From: Takakia lepidozioides | Lineage: Eukaryota > Plantae > Bryophyta | Length of the DNA stretch: 64,000 nucleotides | Reading direction: 5' to 3' | Assembly: GCA_030704615.1 (NCBI GenBank) | Contig: CM060731.1 | Location: 54,870,001-54,934,000, forward strand | In this document: positions 36,701-48,361 of the stretch, piece by piece | Position numbering within the stretch: position 1 is the stretch's first letter | Layout of the letters: the number at the start of each line of letters is the position of its first letter | Program-made: the position numbers and the translations under genes | The notes under the pieces: generated by a model | Seen by the model: only the letters and a program-made list of their open reading frames with translations | Told to the model about the DNA's origin: nothing | Databases searched by the model: none

Positions 36701-38176
36701 ACCTATTTGGGCCTAGTGGAATTCCCTTTGGTAGATGGCAGTCCGGAACAGCTCCCCACTCTTTGGTCGCTTTCCGGCTCGCTCGCTTACTCACTAGTTT
36801 TTGGTCACCAACGGGCTTGCACCGTTCTCGGGGTTACTACTCCCTATATATACTTCTGTAGCTGTCCGCGGGGGTTTCACAACCAGCCATGCCATTTTAT
36901 GGCGAACCACCACGAAGACCCTCGATTCCCGGTGGTGAGTCGCGGTGAGTCTTGGCCCGCTCGCCACGGCCCCTATGGACCGTGATGAGTCCCAAGACTC
37001 CCCACGACTCCCACCACGAGGTCTCCGCCCCATGGTGAGTCCTATGCCACCCCCACTAAGTCCCACTAAGCTACCACCACCCCTTGTGGAGCCACCCCCA
37101 CCGCAACCCGGTGTGCGGGGCTCCACCTAGTGAGCGCCTCTGCTTCCCTGAGTGCCTTGGGCACTCAAGGGTGCTTCAGCCCCCCCTATACCTATCGCTG
37201 CCGCTGCCCCCACCACAGGGGCAGCCCCTCGTGTGTCCCGACCCCCTGCCCTCAAGGCAAAGGGCCGCGACACGACTATGTCTGCGTCACGGTGGAGAAT
37301 TGCTCGCACAAAGCTGGAGAATTGCTCGCACAAAGCCGTCGTTTCGAGAATTGCTCGCACAAAGCCGTCGTTTCGAGGCAGGTTGTTCCGCAATTCGAGT
37401 GGATACACGGCAACGTTGTTTAGAGATGATAAGGAGGAATCCAGATGGTGCTGTCCCTGCTCCTACTTTTACAGGAAGATTTGTCCATGCAAAGTTTGCG
37501 GAGGCGACAGCCACCCAGTTCTGGTTCTGCAGGCACGACATTATGACTTGCGTGTATGGAAAGCCCAAGTACGGCATACAAACAATGCCAGAGGCTCCCC
37601 CGGGGTGGCCGGTGGAAACCAGGCTGCGATTTGAGTCAGGTTGAGGCCGACGCCCTTACCGCCGCAGGATTTCGGATGGTGCAGTGCACTGACATCCCCA
37701 GACAACCATTTCCGCTTCCACAGCCTCCACCACCGACCCCTATGAGAGCAAGAACAATGGGACCCGACAGCTCTTAGCATCCTACACACCATTGGGGAAA
37801 CCGAAGAGGCGGCGACCTCCCTCAAAAGTGAACGAGACAAGGATGGGGGGAATGCACTTCGGATGAACTGTACAATCCAGAGCTCGACAGAAGTGCCCCA
37901 CCAGGTTCGGGCGTGTGTATCAGATGGCCACAGCAGGCTCAGCAGTTCGCAATGAGGTGTACACCATCACCATTTCAGAATTACCCACCTGCAATTGCAC
38001 CGACTTCCAGATCATGGCGAACAAGGGGGCATCATACTGCCCTTGCAAGCATCTGTACTACGTGTACCTAAAGAGACTCCGGTGTAATTCCACAACTCAT
38101 CACTTCATACATGCACCAGGGTTGAGCCCCCAAGAGGTGCACACACTCTTTGAATATGGATCCAGGGGACCAGTGA
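33740..38176 (+). pseudogene. MULE DDE transposase with Cys/His N-terminal domain and C-terminal SWIM zinc finger, copy A (frameshifts, solo LTR insertion)
   Basis: WVMFDHIKR (D), FMADNAQA (D), CGFHW (CxxH), PNTNMAESVH (E), CNCTDF...CPCKHLYYV (SWIM); intron 35880-35962; start approximate. Confidence 0.9.
36547..37272 (-). mobile_element. Solo LTR of the chromovirus-like family, TSD CGACT
   Basis: TGTCGC...GCGACA; CGACT at 36542-36546 and 37273-37277; empty site at 45661-45665 in copy B. Confidence 0.97.
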
Positions 38177-38535
38177 GCTTGGCTTGCGGTCCCAACACTA
38201 TGGTACGCCCATCCTTTTTGGATAGTAGAACTGTACTCCTGCAAGTAGCTCTGATTCTGGCCACAGAAAGGTTCGACTTATGTCTTGCCTACCAGTAACC
38301 TGTTTTGCTCGAACTAAGATAATACTATGTCATTCACTCGTGTTTCCACGTGCATGTATTTTTGTGTGTTGGAGGGCTCCTGTTTTTTTTGCTCTCCCAA
38401 ACTTTGCTTTCCTCATTCGACCCCCGGCAAGGAAATGCGGCGCCACATTTCCAAGTAACGTCGTAGGTACTGGTAGATACGGCATTCACCAACACCAAAC
38501 TGCCCAGAAATTTCGCACGTGCGAACCCTAATGCG

Positions 38536-41500
38536 CACTACAACATATTGCGGCTTTTACGACTCCCATGGGTGCGCAGTCATGACAGATTTGTGGCAGA
38601 AATGCCATTTGCAGTCGTAAAATGCTTTTGAAGTCATAATGCAGGTCTGGGGAAGGCGTATATGCGACTGCATGGCTCCGGACTCTACGCAACATAGGTC
38701 AAACATGTTTGACCACGAATATTGGTATGGCAAGATATGATACCAGTCACGGTCATGGCTACACTAGAATGAGTGTGTATATGCTAGAAAGACATATGAC
38801 TTCATGACTCTCACTCTAATGCATTCTGCCAGATCATCACATGGATGAATCACTACATGACTGCACATGTCGACACATGCTTTTCTGGTTATATATATAA
38901 TATATGAGTATTTATTTTTGAAAAAACGGAGACTCTGACCACTAGAATCAATTTAAAAAAAAAAAAAATGCAATTAAAAAAAAAAAAAAAAAACACATCG
39001 GCTGGTAAGTGCACAGTGTGTCGCCCTGGTGGTTGGGGTTCAAACCCGCTGCCTTATCCATGTGTGGGATTGTTGTGACGGTATGTCTGGGCGTTGATGC
39101 TGTACGTCTTATGGCCCCTGAAGGCGGGTGCCTTTCCCCCTCTCCGCGCCTGTGGTTTCCCTTTAAGAAGAAAAAAGCGGGGTTTTAGGGTTTCCCCCCC
39201 TAAAACTTAAAAAGTGCCCATCCGGTTAAGTGAAAAGCATTAAGGAAAAGCGGAAGCGGAGGAGAAGGAGACAAAAAGGTGGCGTAAAAAGTGGCCCATC
39301 CAGTAGCGTGAACTCCTCTCTTAGAGACACAGGGAGAGGCGAGAGAGAGAGGGTCTTTAGCTTACCGCCGCCGCTGGTAGGAGGGCCACAGGCATTTGGG
39401 ATGGACCCCCAACACTTCGGTTTGGAGCAAGCCAACCCTAGAAACACTAGGGTATGTTGTGCGAAAGGGAGGTTGGGGCTAGCGGCTGGAGCCCGCCGTT
39501 CTTGGAGAGTCAGCTTCGTCTTTAGCAAGGCCGTGTTTCAATCTCTACCTGCTCGCCCTGATTTTACAGCACGGAGCAGAGCTGGCATGAGTTTATAAAA
39601 GATCCTTCACGATGGTGGGACTAACCGCAATCGCAAGTGTGGCTTTTTTTTATTAAGTATGATGTGAAGAAGTTTGTCGATCCTGCAAATGTGGGTTGTT
39701 GGCTCCTGTTAGTACCATGATTTGGTATTCTTCTGATGGTTACAAGGTCTTGGGAGAGTTAGCTTGGTCTTAGCAGGCCGTGTTCAATCTCTGCCCACTC
39801 AGCTGCACCGTGGTGGTTCTCACTGACCAAACGACATTACCTGACTACAGAAACAAGCAGCACACTGAAGAGGTCCTCTTGGGTTCATGGTCAGTCAAAT
39901 CCTCCATGGGCCATGACACAAGGTCGAGGACAATGTGGTGAGGGCACCTTCTCTTCGACCTATTCAGCCTGTTTTGCCCTCTTCAGACTCGGCCCTTCAT
40001 TTGCAGCACGGAGCAGAGTTGGCATGAGATTTTTAAAGATCCTTCACGATGGTGCGACACTGCAATGGCAAGGTGTGGTTTCCTTAATGTACAATGTGAA
40101 GAAGTTTGTCCATCCTGCAAATGTGGGCTGTTGGCTCCTGTTAGTACCATGATTGGTATTCTTCCTGATGTTTCAAGGTTCTTGGGAGAGTCAGCTTGGT
40201 CTTAGCAGGCCGTGTTTCAATCTCTGCCTGCTCATCTGCACCGTGCTGGTTCTCACAGACCAATCCGACATTACCTAACTACAAGACACAAGCAGCACAC
40301 ACAAGAGGTCATTTTGGGTTGATGGTCGGTCAAATCCTCTATGGGTTCTTCTTCGACCTATTTCAGCCTGTTTTGCCCTCTCATCAGACTCGGCCTTGAG
40401 ATGCATATTGAATTATGTAAGTTAGCTCGTTGCTCATTGATAAGTAGGGTTGGGGGTGTTTGCTGGAATGATTGTTGTATGCATGATTTTGTGCAGAGGC
40501 ATAGATAGCTGAAGGAGCAGGGATAAAGTGTGGAAGAGGGCCAGATTTCAAGCTCCAGATTATCTATGATTCCCTGTGGAAGGATAGATACAAGAAACCT
40601 GCATGGGTAGATGGTCAATTGGAAGCCGCAGCAGCAGCAGCACAATTGATACAATCAAGCACTGCTAATGAAGGCACCTTCTGAAACACATTTCACCCTA
40701 TTTTCCCATCTTATCAGAATCGGCCCTAAATTTTCATGTTCAATTCTGCAAGTTAGCTGGTTGAGTGAATCTAGTTGGAGTGACTTTGACATGATACTGC
40801 CAATGTGACAAGAGTATGCATTGAACCCATTGGTAGCGGGATATTGGGATATCTCTTGGCCATGTGCCATCATCAAAGCTGAAACTGTACTAGTTTTCAT
40901 TCTGACCACTGCCCTAGTGGACATGTATGCCAAATGTGGGTGCAGCAAGCCTGATGCAAAGGGAGAGTTCGACAACATGGCTAAATGAGATGTGGTGTTG
41001 TGGACTGCCATGATTGTAAGGTGTGTGTAGCCAGGTGTGGGGAGTAAGGCTTTGGAAACCTAAGAACACTAAGAACAATGATGTGGGAAAGGATGAAGCC
41101 AAAACCAGGTCATGTTCATTTTGTGTTTGTTAATATGCATATGCGAGCCTATCAGCCCTGGGAAGGGGCCCAGAGGTTCATGGTGACATCATCAAAGCTG
41201 GAATTGTACCTGATGTCATTCTGAACATTCCCCTGGTGTACATGTATGTCAAATGCGAGCCTGGTAGCCCTGGAAAGGACGCAAAGGTCCATTATCAAAT
41301 CTGGAATTGTACCACTAGATGTCACTCTAAACACTGCCTTGGTGGATATGTATGTCAAATGCACGCCTGGCAGCCCTGAAAAAGGGTACAGAGGTCCACG
41401 GTGATATTGTCAAAGTTGGTATTGTATCTGATGTGATTCTGAACGTTGCCGTAGTGGACATGTATGCCAAGGTTGCAGGGTGCAACTACAAGCATACATG

Positions 41501-43270
41501 GCTGAATGAGATGTGGTACCAGCCTAGCCCATAATTGCACTTAACTAGAGTAGGCAATGAGTGAAGACGGGGTTTGTGATGTTGATCGTCCAAGCTGGAA
41601 TTAAACAAATGTTGTTCTGAACTATGCCCTTGTGGACTTGTATGCCAAATTGGGGTGCATGGAGGATGATGATCCCAGGATATGCACAACAGCGGCACGG
41701 GATGGAGGCCCTTTGGAGAGGTCTATGAGCAAGTGGTGTGGGAAGGGATACTGCAGCGCAACCACATCGCGTTTGTTACATTTGCAACATGTGTGCAAGC
41801 CTGGCAGCCCTGCAAAATAAAAGAGGTTCGTGGTGGAATTGTACTAGATGTCGATCTGAACTTTGACATGATGCCAATGTGACAACAGGAAAGTATCCAG
41901 AAACAGGTCACAGAGACGAGGAGAAGTTGTGGAATGGTGGGACAACCGAGGGAAAAAGGTTAATGCCTGTTAGATTATAGAGGGCAGACGCAATTCAGCA
42001 TAGGAACTAGTGTGATAAGCTGAGTTGGGTGTTTCCTAGAACAAATGTAGGCTGTCATTATCAGCTGCAAGGCAAGGAAGTATGCATGATTTGTGCAGAA
42101 GCAGTGATAGCTGAAAGAGCAGGGATAGAGTATGGGTCCAGATTCATCCAAGAGGGCTAGATTTCAAGCACATGATTACCTATGATTACCTGTGGATTTA
42201 GCTATAAGAAACCTGCATGGGTAGATGGTGAACTGGAAGCCGCAGGAGTAGCGGCACAATTGATAAAATCAAGCACTGCTAATAAAGGCACCTTCTTCAA
42301 CACATTTCACCCTGTTTTTCCCTCTTATCAGAACCGGCCCTAAATTTCAATGTCTGCAAGTTAGCTAGTTGAGTGAATCTAGTTTGGAGTGACTTTGACA
42401 TGATATTGCCAATGTGACAACAGGAAAGTATCGAAAAACAGTTAACGGAGATGAGGGGAAGCTGTGGAATTTAGTTAGCTGTGAGTGTTTTGTTGTGTGG
42501 TTTTAACAGTTTGAGTTGTTTTTTTTGATTTTGGTTTGTTTGTTGTTGAGAGAGATCCTGCATAGGTAGATGGTTTTCATGGGTTAGAGTTAGATTGGTT
42601 TAGATTTAGTTGGAGTTGACTTGATTGATACTGCCAATAAAGTGGACAAATTTAAAAAAAGTATCCTAAAAACAGGTAACAGTAGCAAGATGCAATTCAG
42701 GAAAGGCACTAGGCAAACTCTCCTTCCCCGTAAGGGTTGTGTTTTGGTATCTGAGCGAATAAATATTTTATCTAAGAATATAATTTCAAAAATTCGTTAT
42801 TTAATAATGTGCCACTGTCCCATGTTGGTCAGTAATAATAATAATAATAACAAATAATTTTAATAATTATTTTAGTAATTATAATAACAATAAAGTAAAT
42901 CTACAACCCCCAACAGCGACGCGTGCCAATTGACATGAGGAACCACGTGTCAAAATCACGATGCGACACATGCTGACGTCTGATTCCCGGATGACGTCGC
43001 AGTCTGACACGTGGCGTGTTCTGTAGAGAGCACGTGTCTCTCTTACACAGCGGCTGACATGGACCCGTTCAGTCATTCAGTAATGCCAGTGTGTATGACT
43101 ACCCCCACAGCTGCTCTGGCGCCACGTGACAGCCAGCCTGGAGAGTCATATCTGCCATGTCACAACTGACTAGGTCTTTACGTCTGCAGAGTCAGGAAGT
43201 CGTAAATGGCTTCCATGACTGCATTTGCAGTCATAACACAGAGACGTAAAAGCCGCAATTTGTTGTAGTG
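38536..43270. mobile_element. Non-autonomous CACTA element (Pack-CACTA), ~30-bp TIRs, TSD GCG
   Basis: CACTACAACATATTGCGGCTTTTACGACTC and GAGACGTAAAAGCCGCAATTTGTTGTAGTG; GCG at 38533-38535 and 43271-43273; ATGACT/AGTCAT subterminal motifs; no transposase seen. Confidence 0.95.
40860..41870 (+). pseudogene. Degenerate PLS-class PPR fragments inside the CACTA element
   Basis: ILTTALVDMYAKCG...FDNMAK*DVVLWTAMI; GTEVHGDIVKVGIVSDVILNVAVVDMYAK; nucleotide similarity to ~58210-58310 of the PPR gene. Confidence 0.88.
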
Positions 43271-43754
43271 GCGGCACCGCATTTCCCAGTTGAGTCGCAA
43301 ACCTTTCCCGCCGAATACTCGAAGATGACAGAATTATGCAAACTCTATTGGTTCAATCGCGGTAAAAGGGTCAGCTTCATTCCAATGTTAAGGCATGTAA
43401 AACCGCGGAATACTCTATACAGGCCAGTATGCGACGTCCTTTTGCCGTGGTATACTGGATTTCTCGTTGCACGGTCACTCATTTCCATGAGCGGATCTAA
43501 AAAACCATGAGCGGAGTTGTTACTGACGACATATCTTCGCCGCATTACAGGATCTGGAACTTCCAAAAACGGCAAGGTCAAATAAAAAACTATTATCTTA
43601 ATACTTGTTTAATCTGCCGCATTTCCAAATTGGGAGGAGTCCGCTCATGAAATCCGCGTGTCTTAGACTTTGGCTCACCGCTCATGCGGCTCATGCGGCT
43701 CATGCGGCTCATGGCTCATGGCTCATGGTTTCTGCTCATGAAATAGTAAACCTC

Positions 43755-46511
43755 CTTCCACTTTCTCTCCAAAGGAGGGCGGAGAAACGAGACGGATTGG
43801 ACTGGCACAACCCATCATCCATTCATTGTCTCCAGCCAAGCTCCTACGGGTACTTTCAAGTGCGCACATTGCAAAGAACCACCGACGTGCATGTCCATGT
43901 GCAAAGCCAAGCAATATTACGTAATCCATTTGCTCCCGGACTTGACTAGAGCTTGCATACACGTTGGGGTCCACTACTGCCACCCCTTGGCGAGAGGCAA
44001 CATGTGGGAGGCTGTGCAGGAAGCACACGACATCATAAAAGAGGAGGTGAAATTGAGCCCCGGAGCCAAACCAAAGCAGATTCAGCTGAAGGTAGCCCAC
44101 AAGATTGCTCTCGGCAAAATCATGTCTGAAGATGGTTCAGACCGAGTGCCCTTGAACGAAGAGGAGATGCTTGACCTGTTGGAGTCCGTCTCGCACGTTT
44201 GTAGTCCGAATGTGCGGAATCACATCGTATCTTACAAGCAGGAGTTCGGCCGGAGGTCGGACATGCACTCAATCCTGGAGGTGAAACGAATGACTGGATA
44301 TGACTACATCCAAGGTAGCAGGTTTCCAGGGCAAGGCATCGAATCCGATCGTTGTTACATTTTTAAAATGTCGATGTGTGGGCCTGGGAGTGGAGTCCAC
44401 TTGGTCACTCGCATGACAACTGGAAACTTGTCAAATGCTTGGGTGATGTTTGATCACATCAAGTGAATTACAAACCATCAGTGGGTGACTATGGGTGCGC
44501 ATGTTTATGACTATCATTCCAAGAGGCTCATGACGATTGCAATCTGCGAGATGAAAGGGGATGACACACAGTCGGAGATGCATCTGTGGGAGGGCATAAA
44601 CGAGCAGATGGCAAGGGCGGGATTGCCAGAGCCCAATTTCAGGGGATTCATGGTAGACAACGCTCAGGCCAACTGGGCAACGGTGCGGTGTGTGTACGGT
44701 GAGGACCCCAATGTTCCAATGGAGGGGAAAGAGAGATCATGTGGATTCCATTGGATGCAGAGTCTATCTGACTACACTACCAAATTTGTTGCTAGCTCAT
44801 TCCAGGCTGAACACCGTGCCCTTTGTATGGCGTGGAAGGATGCACCCACATTTGATGACGCGGAGGTGAAGTTTGCTATCATCGAGGCTTGGTGGAACAC
44901 GTCAGGTGTAGTGGAGACAACCAATCTGGGAGCATTGCACAGCAGGTTGGGGTGGTGGCATTTCCGGTATCGACAGTTCGGACAGTACATGCGGGAGGTA
45001 TGATGCTAGACTTTTCTTGCAATTATCGTTCTATTACGGACCTTTGCATTGGTCCCTCACCATTGTTTCTGTCCTTGTAGGTGCGGTGCTTGGATTCCGA
45101 CACGGACATGCCGAACACGAATATGGCAGAATCAGTGCACTCCTCCTGTCGAGCGTCTTCTGCCGCACATCTGGTGGACGTAGTGACGGCCACAACGGAG
45201 GACATCGACAGAGCAATCATGCAGCAAGCCACGTACTACAAGTTCCTGAGCGGGAAACAATGGGGCTTTGGGCCGGACAGGGAGGAATTGTTGGTACGAA
45301 CAGCTTCGAGGTCGAAGAATCCACTGAAATGGGCGATAGCATTGCGAGAGAAGATCAAAGGGACGTCTTTGCACCGCAGAGGTGAACACCTAGAGGGGGA
45401 CATCCGTACTCGCCCTGTGAGGCGGAGGATTGAAGAAGAACCCGGGTGCGAAGAGGATTCCTGGAGATCCGACAGGAACATTCGGACAACACCTCGAGGT
45501 CCCGTCATGTTGCCGCACAATGTGTCTTCCAGCAGTGGAAGCCCAAGAAATTCCAGATCGCCATCGCCTTCAAGCGGGGATTCCGTGCGAGAAATTCCCA
45601 CGGCTCGCTTGCCCCAGATTCCGCCCGCTGTTATGCAGTATGACCAAGCCATTGTGGAGGCGACTGTGTCTGCGTCACAGTGGAGAATTGCTCACACAAA
45701 GCCGGCGTTTCGAGGCAGGTGTTCCGCAATTTGAGTGGATACACGGCAACGTTGTTTAGAGATGATAAGGAAGAATCCAGATGGGGCTGTCCCTGCTCCT
45801 ACTTTTACAGGAAGATTTGTCCATGCAAAGTTTGCGGAGGCGACAACCACCCAGTTCTGGTTCTGCAGGCACGACATTATGACTTGCGTGTATGGAAAAC
45901 CCAAGTACGGCATACAAACAATGCCAGAGGCTCCCCCGGTGTGGCCGGTGGAACCAGGCTGCGATTTGAGTCAGGTTGAGGCCGACGCCCTTACCGCCGC
46001 AGGATTTCGGATGGTGCAGTGCACTGACATCCCCAGACAACCATTTCCGCTTCCACAGCCTCCACCACCGACCCCTATGAGAGCAAGAACAATGGGACCC
46101 GACAGCTCTAAGCATCCTACACACCGTTGGGGGAAACCGAAGAGGCGGCGACCTCCCTCAAAAGTGAACGAGACAAGGATGGGGAATGCACTTCAGATGA
46201 ACTGCACAATCCAGAGCTCGACATAAGTGCCCCCACCTAGCTTTGGGCATGTGTATCAGATGGCCACGGCAGGCTCAACAGTTCACAATGAGGTGTACAC
46301 CATCACCATTTCAGAATTATCCACCTGCAATTGCACCGACTTCCAGATCATGGCGAACAAGGGGGCATCATACTGCCCTTGTAAGCATCTGTACTACGTG
46401 TACCTAAAGAGACTCCGGTGTAATTCCACAATTCATCACTTCATACATGCACCAGGGTTGAGCCCCCAAGAGGTGCACACTCTTCTGAGTATGGATCCAG
46501 GGGACCAGTGA
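43755..46511 (+). pseudogene. MULE transposase copy B (5'-truncated; in-frame stops at 44464, 45732, 46224)
   Basis: Close copy of 34647-38176 without the solo LTR; ORFs 43891..44466, 44485..45003, 45081..45734, 45735..46226, 46227..46511; intron 44998-45080. Confidence 0.93.
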
Positions 46512-46523
46512 GCTTGGCTTGCG

Positions 46524-46851
46524 TGTGTTAGGCTGTGGAAGACTGTGACAAGCTGTGTCCGGCTGTGTGAGACTATGTCAGACTGTGAAAATTTGTATAA
46601 GGTTGTGTCAGGCTATGTAAGGCTGTATCAGACTGTGACAAGCTATGTCAAGCTGTATAAGCCTATCTACCACCCCTAAGGCCTGTGTCTGTCACCCCTA
46701 AGGCCTATGTTGGTCTAAGTCTACCATCAGTAAGTTTGCGCAAAATTAAGGGTACCCCACAGAACCCGTAAAACTGTCTAAGTCCCAGACAACCCTCTAA
46801 CATTATCCCTCCCCCTCTTAAAAAGCCGTGTCCTCACGGTTTACTGTTTAG
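46524..46851 (-). mobile_element. Partial 3' LTR, PPT and 3' UTR of a relative of the non-chromovirus gypsy family
   Basis: AAATTAAGGGTACCC...CTCTAACA then TTATCCCTCCCCCTC and AAAAGCCGTGTCCTCACGGTTT, as at 14190-14290. Confidence 0.85.
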
Positions 46852-46890
46852 GAAGGAAATCAAACTGTTCAATATTGCCTGAAGTACTTA

Positions 46891-47263
46891 GGGCCGCTTT
46901 ACACTAGGGCCCAAGCCCAAGACCAAGTGAGAATGGAGCATTCCCATTGGCGGAGGCCTGGAAATTGGGCCCAACGGCTTTACACTACGGCCCGAGCCCA
47001 AGAAAATGGAAGTGGGTCATTTGCCTATATGGCACCTACATGGCACAAGTTTTGGCACCAACTTCTTGGGCCGGACCAAGAGAAAGGACCCTCCTAGAAT
47101 AGAGATGGAGACCCAACTCTCACCTCTTGGCCCAAGAAGTTTGGTATTAAAATAGACTATTTTTGTGCGATCATGACTGTTTGATCATGACCGTTGAAGT
47201 TGGCCCAAGACCAGCCCAAGAGTTGTAGGAATTGGGCCCATGATTTCTTGTGTAAAGCGGCCC
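46891..47263. mobile_element. PIF/Harbinger (Tourist-like) MITE, 373 bp
   Basis: Perfect 14-bp TIR GGGCCGCTTTACAC/GTGTAAAGCGGCCC; TSD TTA at 46888-46890 and 47264-47266; internal GGCCCAAG motifs. Confidence 0.93.
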
Positions 47264-47504
47264 TTAGATGAGGGTGTGAACAGAGGTCCAAGACTCCCAA
47301 AACACATGCGGGAGACAATTCCAGCAAATCATACTTACTCGGAAGCTATGAAGATAGGGGTGGCCCAGCAGCAGCACAGCGCGGCGTATCGGAGCGTGCC
47401 CCGCTTCACACGCTATCCTGCCACGCCGTTGCCTTCACTCTGCACCTGCTGCTCGGCGGAATTACAAGGATTGTGGGAAAACAGGGACCGAGCAGCAAGC
47501 AGGG

Positions 47505-48361
47505 ATGGCGTGCGCATCGGCTTTTAACGTTACCGTGGCAGCGGTGACGCCCGTGGCTCAATTTTCCAGCTCCAAGATGGCAGATCGACAGGGCCTCTCC
47601 ATGGCCTCCCCCAGCAAGCTCTCCTCCATGATCGTTGGCGATAGGAGTAGGGTGACCATGAGGTATGTTATGCCGTGATGGTCTTGTTTTGAAGTCCTGC
47701 TGTCTGATGGCAATGGCGAATGCTTGTCATCTGTTCTTGGGGATGGGGGACGAGCCGATACATCCATAATAGTTAGTAAATTGCCTGCGCAGAGGTTGTT
47801 ATATGCTTATCTCCTCCTGTTTCTTGTGCATCTCGGATTTCGTGCCCCTGTGAGGGACTATTATACTTCCGAAGACAATCTCCTCTGTTTTGGTTTGGCT
47901 AGCTCCTTTCCCGTTGCTTTATTGCACCCCCTTTTTCATTGTCCATATTCGTTCAGTTTGGTTTCCTGCTCAGGAAGAGAGCTTCGTGGCTCCATTCTAT
48001 ATGAACACAAGGACCCTGTCACTTTGAGTCACTTATGAATGCGTGGAAGGAAAGTATTAAGCACAAATATCCAGATCGATGGATAAATCTGAAGCCCCGT
48101 TAACTGGAATGGAAGTCTGTGTTGGTTCCGTTTTCCCTGTGCAGAGCCGGTCCTGCTAAAGAGCACAACATCGCAAACCTCACTAGTTTGGCTCTTTTAG
48201 TAGCTGCTATCGTACCTGAAATAGCTGAGGCTGCCCAGCCAGGAATCTCTCCATCCCTGAAGAATCTGATTTTGAGCATGCTTGCCGGCGGCACAGTACT
48301 GACAGCTATTGGAGGTGCCGTTGCGGGAGTGTCCACTTTCGATCCTGTGAAGAGACGTTGA
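47505..48361 (+). CDS. PSBX: Photosystem II subunit X precursor; exons 47505-47662 and 48145-48361
   Basis: Transit peptide MACASAFNV..., thylakoid-type cleavage AEA, mature part [39 protein letters not shown]; the GT-AG intron keeps the frame. Confidence 0.93.

Larger units (their letters stand above)
28650..43754. mobile_element. MULE 'family A' element (left end missing): palindrome array, MTase-like gene (-), 53-bp array, transposase (+), right terminus; contains a nested solo LTR and a CACTA element
   Basis: Motif GGAAATGCGG(C/T)(G/A)CCGCATTTCC recurs from 28690 to ~43627, including one copy split by the CACTA. Ends with GCGGCTCAT repeats and CTCATGAAATAGTAAACCTC. Confidence 0.85.

Noticed and set aside
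38995-39060. tRNA or SINE (GGTTCAAACCC B-box-like)
   Set aside because: No cloverleaf or convincing A-box, TSD or tail; the same applies to similar motifs near 54545 and 54700.
39180-39210. Telomeric repeat
   Set aside because: Only an isolated TTTAGGG, no array.
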